Shown: one piece after another, positions 14,400-28,150 of the stretch | Numbering within the stretch: position 1 is the first letter of the stretch | How the letters are laid out: each line of letters starts with the position of its first letter | Source of the DNA: Octopus vulgaris | Lineage: Eukaryota | Assembly (NCBI GenBank): GCA_951406725.2 | Contig: OX597815.1 | Span: 198,524,001 to 198,588,000 of the forward strand | DNA: 64,000 bases | Reading direction: 5' to 3' | Position numbers and translations under genes: made by a program | Notes under the pieces: model-generated | Databases searched by the model: none | What the model was told of the DNA's origin: nothing | Seen by the model: the letters and a program-made list of their open reading frames with translations, nothing else

Positions 14400-15000
14400 A
14401 TCAGGCTTGATTCACAGTATCATATCATCCGAAATATTCGCTGGAGATATTCCAACGTCTCTTCATACATCCTATCTTCTGGTAACTTATCTGTGCACTT
14501 TACATCGGAAAAACAGGCAATCTCTTTGCTAATCGCTTTCGAACACACATTGGAATCATCTTCTTACGAACACCAGGACAATCCATTACTACCCATCATT
14601 CCACAACTAGCTTCTCTGTTACGACAAAATGAAAAAGCATTTCATATTGAAATTAAGATGAGTGTCACTAAATGTTTTTAATGCATGTTTAACTTCTACT
14701 CTACCGCTCCCATACTGTTCTCTAAACTCATTGATATCCTTTAGCTTTCTGCCACTTCAAATTTTACTTTCAGCTCACCCTTGCCAGAATATCTCTCACA
14801 ATTCTTTTTACTTTTTTATTTTTTGTCAATCCCCGAAACTGTTTCTCCTATACAGGGTCAAGTTATTTTGCTGTCACCATCAGTTATATCCAGTCGATAA
14901 AAACAGGGAGCATAAATCTCTTCTATCAAAACGTTAATAGTAGCTAAAGGTCTCCGTTCGAAACACTGAATACAACAATCACCTTGGTAACCTAACTCCT
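14400..15000 (+). mobile_element. Decayed Penelope-like element 3' region (GIY-YIG)
   Basis: tgtgcactttacatcggaaaaacaggcaat...aatcgctttcgaacacac (LYIGKTG..NRFRTH) followed by pyrimidine-rich UTR-like sequence. Confidence 0.6.
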
Positions 15001-15515
15001 TCGCTTTCAGTAATAGGGTCTTTGCCGTGAAGACCAACTCTCCCTCCTTGAATGAATTTCCAGCGTAGCTAAAGGCATATGTTCACATTCATGCTCGTAT
15101 CTACATATCGATATAGGGGTTACGGATCACTGTACTTTAACGATAACGTCTCGGGGTACAAAACAAAGAAATTACATATCCCTGAATTGAGATTGATGCA
15201 GCTGGGTGCTACATGGGTACCTAAACACTTATATCTCTTTGGCAAAAATAGAGTGAAATACAGATATAGATCACCAGACAGGTCTCTACAAAGATTGATT
15301 ACCCTAATTCAATCACAAGCTATGGGTCGATTCTGGACTATAGAAAATGCCATTTGGCAAGGATGCCACGGGACCTCGTGGCTGCCAATCAAACTTAGAT
15401 ATTCGGCCAAACTAAGCTCACCTTATTGCAATATATGGACGAATATGTATGAACGTGTGTGTATGTTACTACCTTACCTTCGTATGTATCTGTACTCATG
15501 TACACACAAACATAC

Positions 15516-15568
<53 letters not shown>

Positions 15569-16379
15569 TATAGCATAAATATATATATATACACACATAT
15601 ATATAGTATAAACATATATATATATATATATATGTACATATATAGATGTACACACACACACACATATATATATATATACGTACATATATATACATATACA
15701 TACATACGTACATATATACATACATTCGTACAATCATATACCTTTATATATATTCATATGTATAAAAATTACTTAAACTTTTCGAATGCTATTAAAATAT
15801 TCCTTTCTCTCTCCTCAACTATACATACATATACCCAACCCCTTTCTTTCTCTATATCTCTCTCCCACCCATATATACGCACACAAATATATATATATAT
15901 TCTTGTGTACATACGTGTTTGTGTGCGCGCGTGTCGAGAGTGTAAGTGGGTAGATGAATTTTAATTTCCGATTGATATGATTGCAGTATTTACTTGGATT
16001 TCTTTTCCCCCATAACTGATTTTACTTGAAATTGTTATTGAATATTATAAAGCTAATTAATTGAATGTATATCGTATATATGAATGTAACTGACAGCTGC
16101 CTTCTAAAAGTAAATCTATATCGACTCTGATCTTTTACAGATATTTTCTTTAGTTTATAGATACATACGATTGATATATTTTTTATCGATATCTAAAATA
16201 CATAACAAACTTTTATTTATTAAGTTGCATTAACGAAAGCACTGACTTTAGAGAGAATGTCTGGATTAAATTGAGTAATGCTCTGTCATGTCTACTCGCT
16301 CCTTCCATTACATTTAAGTTATATCTCCGTCATACACACAACAGCTAAGCATGTCTTTTACAGTCAAACATATATATTA

Positions 16380-16417
<38 letters not shown>

Positions 16418-16746
16418 TGTGTGTGCGTGTGTATACATACATAAAAGCATACACACAGATATATACAGTTTCACACTCATATATATATATAGATTTCTGC
16501 ACGTGTACAGACACACTCACGCCTCAAACATGGTTGCAGATTTGATTATCTGCGAATTTAATAAAAATTATGTAATTTCTGAACATTTGCTGATTATTTC
16601 AGCATTGGGAGCAATTTTTGAACGATAGGTACACGTTATGTGAGAGCTTTTGCAATGTTCCATTATATTAAATATTAAATGAATATAACTGACACAGAAT
16701 GTTTCCAGCAGAATATGAAATTTACTAAAAAACAATTAGATTTTAA

Positions 16747-16784
<38 letters not shown>

Positions 16785-16830
16785 GTATAATTATGTATGT
16801 ATATATATATGTATATATATATATGTATGT

Positions 16831-16873
<43 letters not shown>

Positions 16874-17159
16874 CACTAAGTTCACACGCATATACATACA
16901 TTAAAATTGTACACGTGTATATGTCTGTGTGTACTCCTGCGTGTGTCTTTGTACGATGTATTTATGATAATTTCGAACAAGGAGTGATTTGAAATTTGAA
17001 AACTTTCCGAATAGCATATGTGACATATCATATCATAATACACCTCACTCCAAAAACACACACTCACATAAACCCATAGACACACGCAAACACACACACA
17101 CGCAGATACACACACACAAACACGCACAGACACATGCTCACACACACACAAACACTATG

Positions 17160-17565
17160 CTTTATCATTTAACTGTTTCAGTTGTTAGACTGTGACCATA
17201 CGGGGGCACTGCCTTGAACAATTTCTAGTTGAATGAATCGACACTAGTACTTAATTTGTTTCAGCCTAGTACTTATTCTATCGGCCCATTTTTGTCGATC
17301 CGCTAGTATACGAGGACCTGAAATTACCGACACAGACCGTCAAATAATGTGGAAGACAAAAACGGACACACATACACACACACACAAACGCAGACACAAA
17401 AACACAAACACATATACATACATATATACAACGAGCTTCTTTCCGTTTCCCTTTCCCAAATACACACACGAATCTTCGGTCCTCCCGTAGCTATAGAAAA
17501 AAACCACATGCCGAATGTTACACGCAATCACAATAAGCACCGAACCATATGCTTAGAAGCAAGCT
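17160..17565 (-). mobile_element. Decayed SINE group A
   Basis: Reverse-complement match to the group A tail, central part and head. Confidence 0.75.
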
Positions 17566-17773
17566 TAATATTGTCTAATCGGAGACAGGTTGGCTAGAAA
17601 TCTGAAACTTTGAACTAAACGTTAGTGACTATGCTGCTGTTAATTTCGTTTCTCAAATTTCAATCAATAAGTCAAGTGTATTTTAGTAATTAAAATTTAT
17701 AAATTCATTCGTATGCTTTCGTGTGTATGTGGATGCATTTCTATGTATTTATGGCTATGTATGCATGTATGTT

Positions 17774-18478
<705 letters not shown>

Positions 18479-19240
18479 GTAAATATGTGTAAGTGACTGC
18501 ATGTAGTGACTGCGTGTATTTGAGAGAGTGTATTCATTCTACGCCGGTTTTTGATTATGCATCACTTCCAAAAGCACACTTCCGTACATAATAAGCATGC
18601 ATTAATCCAAACCTACTATGCTAAGCACGTAGTTATTCATAGATGTGACAAAGAACTACAATGTAGCCAAAAATTTCAGATAATATGCAGTATATTAAAC
18701 TTGCGTCAAGAGATTGAAACAAAGTCAGAGCTTCATATCCTCAATTACAACGAATGCTTTTCATCACAGTAACCAGAAAATTTCAAAGTGGGGAACGCAC
18801 GACGTAAACAATGTTGATATTGTGCAAATGTAAAATTTGCATAGATTATCGTGATAAATCGACTTCACCATTTCTTTTCATTTTTTCGTTTCGTTGTCTT
18901 AATCCACTTTTCCCCGCCATTTTGAACAAATGGTAATAGTAAAAAAAAACACTTTACATAAACAAGCACGGTATGTGTGAAAATATACACATACATCATA
19001 CGTACGTACATGTGTGTGTCTGTGTGTTTGCGTATAAGATACATATGCAAAAATGTATATGTATATATATGTGTGTGTATGCATGTACTTTTCCCTGCTA
19101 AGTTTGTAAGTATTTATTTAAATGTGTGCGAGTATTATAATTTGACCTTATACTTAATATATTTTACAACCATTCTCCTAAAATTTGCTGTTAATATACC
19201 ATTGAATATAACAGAATATGCATGCTTATGTTTGTATATA

Positions 19241-19513
<273 letters not shown>

Positions 19514-19788
19514 GTTTATGTAAGTGTACATGCAAACACACATTTAATCCACTGAAATAGTGGTATGCAATCTAAAACTTTTCTTTTGTGTATGCAACTT
19601 TCTACACATAAATTTGAATCCTCAAAATATACTTGTTAATTTTGTATTTTTTCCCTGAATCAGCCACTGTCCTCGTTGATACAAATCTATCTATCTGTAT
19701 ATCTATCTATCTTACTTTGTATATATGTGTATGTATATATATATATGCAACTTTATACATACGTGTAAGTACACACATAAACACACAC

Positions 19789-19830
<42 letters not shown>

Positions 19831-20865
19831 GCTTATACATAATTAGATACTGGGCATATGTATTTTTTCTCCTGTATATCTGCAGGATTATAAACTCATT
19901 TTGTAGTATAACACAGCTGATAATTCTCTTCTGGTCAGGATTATTTCTGGGTTAGAATTCAGCAAAATCTATCGATCTGAGACTTTGGAACTTAATACGC
20001 AATAATAAATATATCAGAGTTGATTAGGTTCTAGTACTGGAACTTCGCTTTGTGAATAGTATTTGAATATTTATCGAGATTTGATATTGCTGGAAGTTGA
20101 ATCCCATGTTGAAAGAAAAAGGAGAACAAATATAATAAAAAAAATAAAAAAACATACATGAAGATTGATTCTTCCAATCTTCTCTCAAGTTGCGAAATGC
20201 ACGAACTATTAAAAACCAAATAAATCTTGATATTCTTTAGATTCTTCTATTTTTTTTTTGTTTTTTTTTCTTCGTATCTTTTTGATTCTTTTGATGGATT
20301 TTATAATTTTATCGTTTCATTCATAAAACATTTTAAGCAGAAATTTATCGTATACTTTGCTTCTTCTTTTCTTTTTTAAAAAAAATTTGTTCTCGTCACT
20401 GTTCCTATCAGAGAATGTGATAAAGAAGAAACCATTCGCTTCATCAACTAAATAACTTTTGATAAAACGTGAAGTTGAGGCATGAAAAAAAATGCTCTTT
20501 TTTTAAACACTTAGTGTTAAAATGGCTTTGGCATGAAGAAAACTGTTATAGATTTTAGAGGAATATCATGGCTTTATCTTTTGTTTTGCAAACCACCAGT
20601 TTGGAGGATAATGATAAACATGTAACGTACAAATGATTTTGAGTTCATATTAAATTTTTTTCAAAATATGCGATATAAAGGAAGCAACTAAAAATCACAA
20701 TATTATATCCAGAGAGCGTCTGATTTTCAATTTTCTGGCGGAAGCAAATATAAAGTAGCATTAAGTTATATACTTAATACCATATTATGCAGTGTGTATC
20801 TTGCCAGAAAAATCCTATTGAGAGAGAATATGTAGAAAATAAATCTTTATAAAGGACTTATGTGT

Positions 20866-21010
20866 GGAGGCCCGTGGCTTAGTGGTTAGGGTGGTGGACG
20901 CGTGATCGTAAGCTTGCGGTTTCAGTTACTGGACCGGGCGACGTTTGTGCTCTGGGGCAAAACGCTTCATTTGACTTACTTCAGTTCACTCAGTAGGCAA
21001 AATTATGTAA
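20866..21010 (+). mobile_element. SINE group C (tRNA head + CORE-like domain), decayed
   Basis: ggaggcccgtggcttagtggttagggt...gggcaaaacgcttcatttgac...cagttcactcag. Confidence 0.7.
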
Positions 21011-21479
21011 TCCGGAAATAGACCGGCGTCACGAAAATCGCAAAACCAACCCTTATAAGTTTATATGTCTTGGGAAGTAACAACGGAGTTATCAGTTGTT
21101 TGCGCTCTCGAAAATGCCAAGATCGTCTTGAAAGTTTGTTTTTTTCTAACTACGTTGTAAAACGAATAGTAAATTGTTCAGCGTCATTGATGTTCCACCC
21201 TGTAAGAGAAACTGTTTTGACATATACTTCTCAAAATATGCCTTCAGAAAATTTTGAATATATTTTGAAAGCAGAGGTGAATAAAGAAACCCTAATGCTG
21301 CTTTCAAATTTTGTCACTAGACATGACATTTTAGGGGATGGGAAGAGTCGATTACATAGCCACCAGTGTTCAACTGGTACTTGTCTTATTGAAGCCCTAG
21401 GGATGAAAGTCAAATCAACGTCAACTAAATTTTAAAACGGAACCTAATTTTATACATAGCATCCTTACTATTTTTTTTT

Positions 21480-21910
21480 TTACTCTAGGCACAAGGCCCG
21501 ACACTTTGGGGGAAGGGACCAGTCGATTACTTTGACCCCATTAGGCAACTGGTACTTAATTCATCGACCACGAAAGGATGAAAAGCAAAGTCGACCTCGG
21601 CAGAATTTGAACTCGGAACATAAACATCTCGCCTGGCGTGCTAGCGGTTCTTATTTCTTTATTGCCCACAAGGGTCTAAACATAGAGGAGGCAAACAAGG
21701 ACAGACAAAGGGATTAAGTCGATTACTTGGTACTTAATTTATCGTAACTGGTACTTAATTTATGCGTAACTGGTACTTAATTTATCGACCCCGATATGAC
21801 GAAAGGCAAAGTCGACCTCGGCAGAATTTGAACTTACAACGTAGCAGCAGACGAAATACCCGCGAAACATCTCGCCTGCCGTGCTAACGTTTCTGCCCGC
21901 TCGCTGCTTT
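21480..21910 (-). mobile_element. Two nested/tandem SINE group B copies (short-tail then long-tail)
   Basis: Two aaagtcgacctcggcagaatttgaac cores (21588, 21808); tggtacttaatttat triplicated at 21728-21785. Confidence 0.85.
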
Positions 21911-22089
21911 ACTCAGCGAGACTTTACGAAAAGTCTCTCGACACTGAATAGAAAGCAAATAATTTTTTGTAAAGAACTAATATGGTATTAGTGCCATCGA
22001 AAGTTTTAAGATCTTGTAAAGTTTTCACTATGTAGTAAACTAAATCCTTAAAGACTTCTATATCTAAGAGATGTGGAATTTTGTACATG

Positions 22090-22220
22090 ATATTATTTAT
22101 ATTCGACAGATATTTGTCCTCATCTTGTTTGTTGTTAACACAACGTTTCGGCTGATATAACCTCTAGCCTTCTTCAGATGCCTTGGGGAAATTTTAAACC
22201 TGGGTTCTCTTTCCTAAAGT
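22090..22220 (-). mobile_element. Retroelement terminal fragment carrying a minimal hammerhead motif
   Basis: Non-SINE segment around the hammerhead at 22137-22182; parent element not identifiable here. Confidence 0.5.
22137..22182 (-). ncRNA. Minimal type I hammerhead ribozyme motif
   Basis: ggcat-CTGAAGA-a-ggct(agaggttatatc)agcc-GAAAC-GTT-gtgtt: intact core, 4-bp stem II, palindromic AACGTT, wobble-rich stem I. Confidence 0.65.
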
Positions 22221-22317
22221 ATTAGACTATTTTCTATAGTCAATAGTCGTTGAATGATTATAAGATTTAAGCTTATCAAATAATAATACTATTATTATTA
22301 TTATTTAGAGAATTGAA

Positions 22318-22770
22318 GACAGCGAGTTGGCAGGGTTGTTAGCGCGCTGGAGAAAATGCTTAACGGTAATTCGCCCGTTCTGAGCTCAAATTCCGCCTAG
22401 GTCGACTTTGCCTTTCATCATTCGGGGTCGATAAATTAAGTACCAGTGGAGTACTGGGGTCAATATAAACGACTAATGCTCTTCCCCAAAATTTCAGTCC
22501 TTGTGTCTATATAAGAAAGGATAATGTAGAGAATTGTAAAACTTATCAAATATTAATATTTATAGACTTGCAGAAACGTTAGCACGCCAGGCCAAATGCT
22601 TAGCGGTATTTTGTATGTCGCTACGCTATGAGTTCAATTTCCGCCGAGGTCGTTTTGCCTTTCATCCTTTCGGGTCGATTAATTAAGTACCAGTGAAACA
22701 CTAGGGTCGCTGTAATCGACTAGTCACCTCCTCAAGAATTACAGGCCGTGTGCTTTTAGTAGAAACGATT
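22318..22770 (+). mobile_element. Two tandem SINE group B copies (short-tail form)
   Basis: Cores at 22381-22470 and 22630-22720; tails ccccaaaatttcagtccttgtgtct / gaatttacaggccgtgtgct. Confidence 0.85.
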
Positions 22771-25299
22771 ATTATTTACAGACTTGTAAAACACGGCACC
22801 GCTTCTCGAATTATCGCCTATATCTACATCTGATCTAATACTTGGTTCATTCATTGGACAACAGCTATTGTAGGGAAATGTCGTGAAGTTTTGCAATCGA
22901 ACGAATCAACCCCAGTTCTTCTTTAGTATTTTTTAAATCGGTCTCTTTTTCCAAGTTGCCGTGTCACGTGAACGTAAACAGCCTAACACAGGGTACAAAG
23001 ACATGCACAAACGAAATCACGAAATGGGACCGAACGCGGAACCATATAGTTTATATATACATATGCGTGTGCGTGTATGTTTGCCTGTGTATGTATGCAT
23101 GTATGCATTTATATATGTATGTATGTATGTATGTTTGTATGTTTGTATACGTGTTACTATGTATCTATGTATGTGTGAGCATGTGTTGTGTGTGCCCTGG
23201 AGTGTACGATGAAACGAAATAAGTATAGGTGTTTTGGTTTTGCGTGTGAAAGTGTATACCTGTATGGACAGGTGTTCATTATTATAAATGAATAATTTTA
23301 GGAAAAATCTATAAAATGTTTTTCAAGCAAAACAAGTAAAATGTGGAGGAGACCAGAAGTGTCTGTTGAAATGTCTGTGAAAATATCCCGTGGCATTTGA
23401 TTTCGTAGTTTTAGTGGCTGATTCCAAAACTTACAAATTATATCGAAGACGACTTTGATTTCATTACATGCATGATGATAAATCAATTTCAAAAACATAA
23501 ACTTCGAGTAAACTTATTCTAACTAATGTACTTTGTTATACCATTGGTGATATTCGCCCACTAAGCCCATAATTAAATAAACATCAGTGAAAAATTATAG
23601 AAATATACAAATAAACTCCACCATATGCGTGCGTATGTATGTGAGTGCATGTATGTATGCGTGCTTATTTTATGTAAATGTATATGAATGTATTTTTGTA
23701 CATAAGCCTACATAATTTACTGTGCGCCTGTGACAACGTGTGCACACGAGTGCGTTTCTTCTCTGTCGTTTTACTGTTTTATCATAACATCTACAAAAAT
23801 TGAAGAAATAATCTGCTTACCGAAAGATAACTGAATATTTAAGTAATGGCTCTGTATTAGCGTGAGAGTGCAGGAGTGCATATGCGTGTGTGTGTGTGGT
23901 GAATGACACTTAAACGTTGAATGAATTATCATCAAGATACCAGGTGGCAGTAATTGAAATAATTAGTTAGCTTGCTCTCCCCCTCACCGCTTCTTGTTAT
24001 TCTTCTTGTAATAGAAAAACAATTTCCCTTTCATGTCTTATCAGCCAATGAATCAGTTTGGCGTCTTTGTTCTCTTCGTATGAATACTGGAAATCGGGTT
24101 TTTCTCTTTGGTAAAAACTCAAAATAATAACATCAACACGAAAGAGTAGAGAACAGATTTCATTTGCTGATGAATCTCTTGACAATCATGGTTCAGTAAC
24201 TAATTACTTGCAATTACATGCCTTTCTGTTGGCTTTCCAAGTTACCTCTTCTGTTTCGGAACAGAATTTTCATCTGCAATCAACCTTAATGGATTAACTA
24301 TGTGCTCCATACTATATGTCCTAAATATTCTGGACATTATCGATTTATATTTCCTTTCCGCCCACACACTCACAGACAGGCATTCACCCAATATTAATCA
24401 GACAAATTGTCGTCAAAGTGGATAATACGTCTGTTAGTTTCAGTGTAAATTCTTGTTGGCGGTGATGGTGGTGATGTATTTATTATTGCCGTTGTCATTA
24501 TTGTTGTGGACTTGCTGAATAAATGAATCTTGGAAATTTTACTCTGCTTTCTCATGCGCAAAAATGAATTACTTTGGCCAAAACGAAAACTTGATCACGC
24601 CAGTTCAAAGTAACTAACATCAGTCATATCTCCTTTTGAAATTTCTTTGGTTGACCAAGCCGAAGTTTCTGTTTTCTTCCGAGAATGTGTTGTTTCTTTA
24701 AATATTTTAATTGGTTTTTTTTCACTGATAATCTGATTAACTACATAACTGGAGCGAACAGAAAACTCTATATTCCAATATCGATATCAAAACCTATTAT
24801 TCAAAAGCGATTGGGTGGGCGACTGCTTGATTATTCTGGTGTCACTTTTTAATTGATACCTAATGTGTTTCTTTATTTTGTCCCAGGCGTGAGAGTGTAC
24901 GAGGTAGCTGCCGGTTAATCGAAGCGAGGTAGCTGCCGGTTAATCGGAACTTCTGATTTTTTTCTACTTCCCGAAACCGTCGTAATTTTGCTGTTTCCCT
25001 TCATTTAAGCTGCTAACGCCACTTGGAAAAAGACATAAACGTGGCAATATTCAATTTCCCTAGAAATATATTTCCCAATATCAAGACAAGAGAGCATTTA
25101 TTAGCACTTAGTTTATCTACGCCAAAACATACATGTAAGCAAACGCCCTCCTTTAAATATTTGAAACTAGCAAAATAGGAAACGAAATAAATCGGTTTCC
25201 GATACGTTTCTTTGAATCGTAGAATTAATAATAATTCTGGCAAGAATTCTGGAGAGGTCACATATAATCCCAAGTATTCGTTGATTGTTTCGTGTGAGA

Positions 25300-28076
25300 T
25301 GATAGCTGTGTACGACACCATTTATTGGGGACATGATTTACATAAATCAACGTAAAACATTGAACTGGACACAGAAATGCATTCGATGCATGTCATGTGA
25401 GATTCCATGAAACACTTTTCAGGCTTACATACACGAAACATCATCTCTAGAAATTAGGTGCAGTATATTTACATTTTTATCTTTTCTCTGGATAAATCGT
25501 CATCTTTCATGTAACAGAGGACGAGAAACAAAGCGTGAATTTCATAAAATTGCAACAAGCATGCACCGATATTATATTTACGCTTTCGAATTTTCATTAG
25601 CGGAGGATCCTTTATGCAGTCACTTAAACTGGTAGCAATGACAGCAAAAATATTCGTCATTTACTACAATACATAGTGTTCATAGTCGGTTAAATGTACG
25701 CAGGAGTGGCTGTGTGGTAAGTAGCTTGCTAACCAGCAACATGGTTCCGGGTTCAGTCCCACTGCGTGGCATCTTGGGCAAGTGTCTTCTGCTATAGCCC
25801 CGGGCCGACCAATGCCTTGTGAGTGGATTTGGTAGACGGAAACTGAAAGAAGCCCGTCGTATATATGTATATATATGTATATGTGTGTATGTATGAGTGT
25901 GTATGTTTATCCCCCTAGCATTGCTTGACAACCGATGCTGGTGTGTTTATGTCCCCGTTACTTAGCGGTTCGGCAAAAGAGACCGATAGAATAAGTACTG
26001 GGCTTACAAAAGAATAAGTCCCGGAGTCGAGTTGCTCGATTAAAGGCGGTGCTCCAGCATGGCCGCAGTCAGATGACTGAAAACAAGTAAAGCGTAAAAG
26101 AGTAATATATAAGAAGCCAAAATGAGACTTGATTGTTAGAGCAGCAATTTCGGTATTTCTCGGCCTGTGTTACTAACATCGTAGAAAGTCATTAAATGGA
26201 AGTCTCCACACTTTTCTCCAAAGTCCTAGACAGATATTGTACAAAATTACTGACAGAAAGTCATAAAAGTAACAACATTTCTAAATAAAATGGAAAATGC
26301 CTATTTAGAAACAAAAATTACACTGACAAGAAAATGTTAAAATTACGATGTATAGTTATTTCGATTCTTCGTATCACTAACATGAACACTACATAGTTAA
26401 AAACGGACATTACACACAAATGTATATATTCTAAATATGACATAATTTTTGAGAAAAAAAACTGCAATAAAACACTAATAGTATGGTAGAACATTCTATA
26501 GAACTAAACATTTTATTGTCACTCACGGCAATCCTGCTGTATTCAGAAAAGAGTGTGACATGAAGAATGACAATTATAATAAAATGAAAATAATCTGGTC
26601 GCTTATACAATGGGGGTGATGCTCTACATAAAATTTGGTATTCAACATATACAATCTAAAATGATATTCGTAAAGTAACACGCATTGATATTGCCCATAA
26701 AAATAGGTAACTATACAAATAGGCTAACAAAGTCTCAGCTTGTAATACGAAGCACATTTCATGAAGTAAACAATATGGCACCGAGCACGTTGCTCCCTCA
26801 GCTACAGTGCTTTTAACATACTCAGAACAGCATTATTTTGGACACATCAGTGTATCAAAATCACCTGTATTTGAAATTGTGCAGATAACGAAATGCCTGA
26901 TGTAGTAACACTGTAACTAGAAACCTGTTAAGTGCAATGTAATCAATGCCGAGTCATGTGTACTTCACGAAGCAAAATAGCCATCTAACCGCATCAGGTT
27001 TTGTTCTGCGTTTAAATACAACAATAACTTAGCTAACAATTTTCCAACTTTTATTGGATCGCAAAAACGGCTATAGTTGAAATACACTCGTAAAGTCAAT
27101 GAGGAAAACAGTAAAAAATTTTAAAGGAAATAAACACAATGGAGCAATTTCCATTATGAAACACAGAATGTAAGATTTCAAAATTCACCAACATCACAGT
27201 CACTTGTATAGACAAGGCAGTATATACATTGATAGAAAAAAACAATTACCATGCATCTACATACAACACATCTACATGCCAAAAAAAACAACATAAATAA
27301 TACAACAGTAAATATACAAGAGAAGTAGCTAAGCTCGTAAAAATCTCATAAAAATCTAAAGCATGATATAATAAAACCACACAAAAGTAAAATAAATCTC
27401 GGTATCAAACAACTAATTAGGGATATAACAAAGACAATGAACATAGAAGTACAGAATACTGGTAAACATTTGTATCCAACATAAATCACTAACCTAACAG
27501 CAAAATAGAAAATAGAGTGATTTACAGTAACGGAAAAAAAAAAATGCAATTGACACATATTACTAAATCGCTTAGGTTCTGCAGCAGTCAGTGTGTTCAA
27601 GCTCTTTTACAAGTTTTCCAGGGAACACTATTGAATTTTGTGATTCTGGAACAACAGCCAAAGTGGAGTAAAATCATACAAACATCGCCTTCTTTGGCAA
27701 TTCTTGAAAAATACTAGATAGGGAAATCTTTAACATCCCAATATCACCATTATCAACATCCTGCTACATTTTAATCGTTGTGAATAATAGATTAGATGTC
27801 TTTGTATAATATGAGTTTGGATTACCTAAAACTGCCTTCCTTTCGCTTAAAAAGTACGGTGTAATTTGTGAAAGACTTGAGTGCTGCTTCCAGACGAACC
27901 AGCAATTGCATCAATGCTTCCTCGTTGGCTCTATACACATCATGCATTTACGTTATTGTTGTTAGTGTTGTGGTTTTTACCGCTTTTGTTTTTGTTCAGG
28001 TGCATGCCATCAAAGGTGTGAATAAATGTGCACTTAAAGACATTTCAGACATGGTCGACCTGCTTCCAGTTTCCAT
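25300..28076 (-). other. Microsatellite-free, U-rich (minus) segment resembling a terminal exon / 3' UTR
   Basis: Strong strand asymmetry, AATAAA on minus at 25321-25326 and near 26511, short interrupted frame at 28074-27940; no recognisable protein or splice acceptor. Confidence 0.25.
25697..26104 (+). mobile_element. SINE group A (young, near complete)
   Basis: Close to the in-window consensus from gcaggagtggctgtgtggtaag to aaacaagtaaagcgtaaaagag. Confidence 0.92.
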
Positions 28077-28080
28077 AATA

Positions 28081-28150
<70 letters not shown>

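Noticed and set aside
15079-15430. Non-repetitive first part of the 164-aa ORF
   Set aside because: No recognisable domain or splice sites; runs into a microsatellite
28045-28047. In-frame TGA as selenocysteine
   Set aside because: No UxxC/CxxU context and no SECIS recognised
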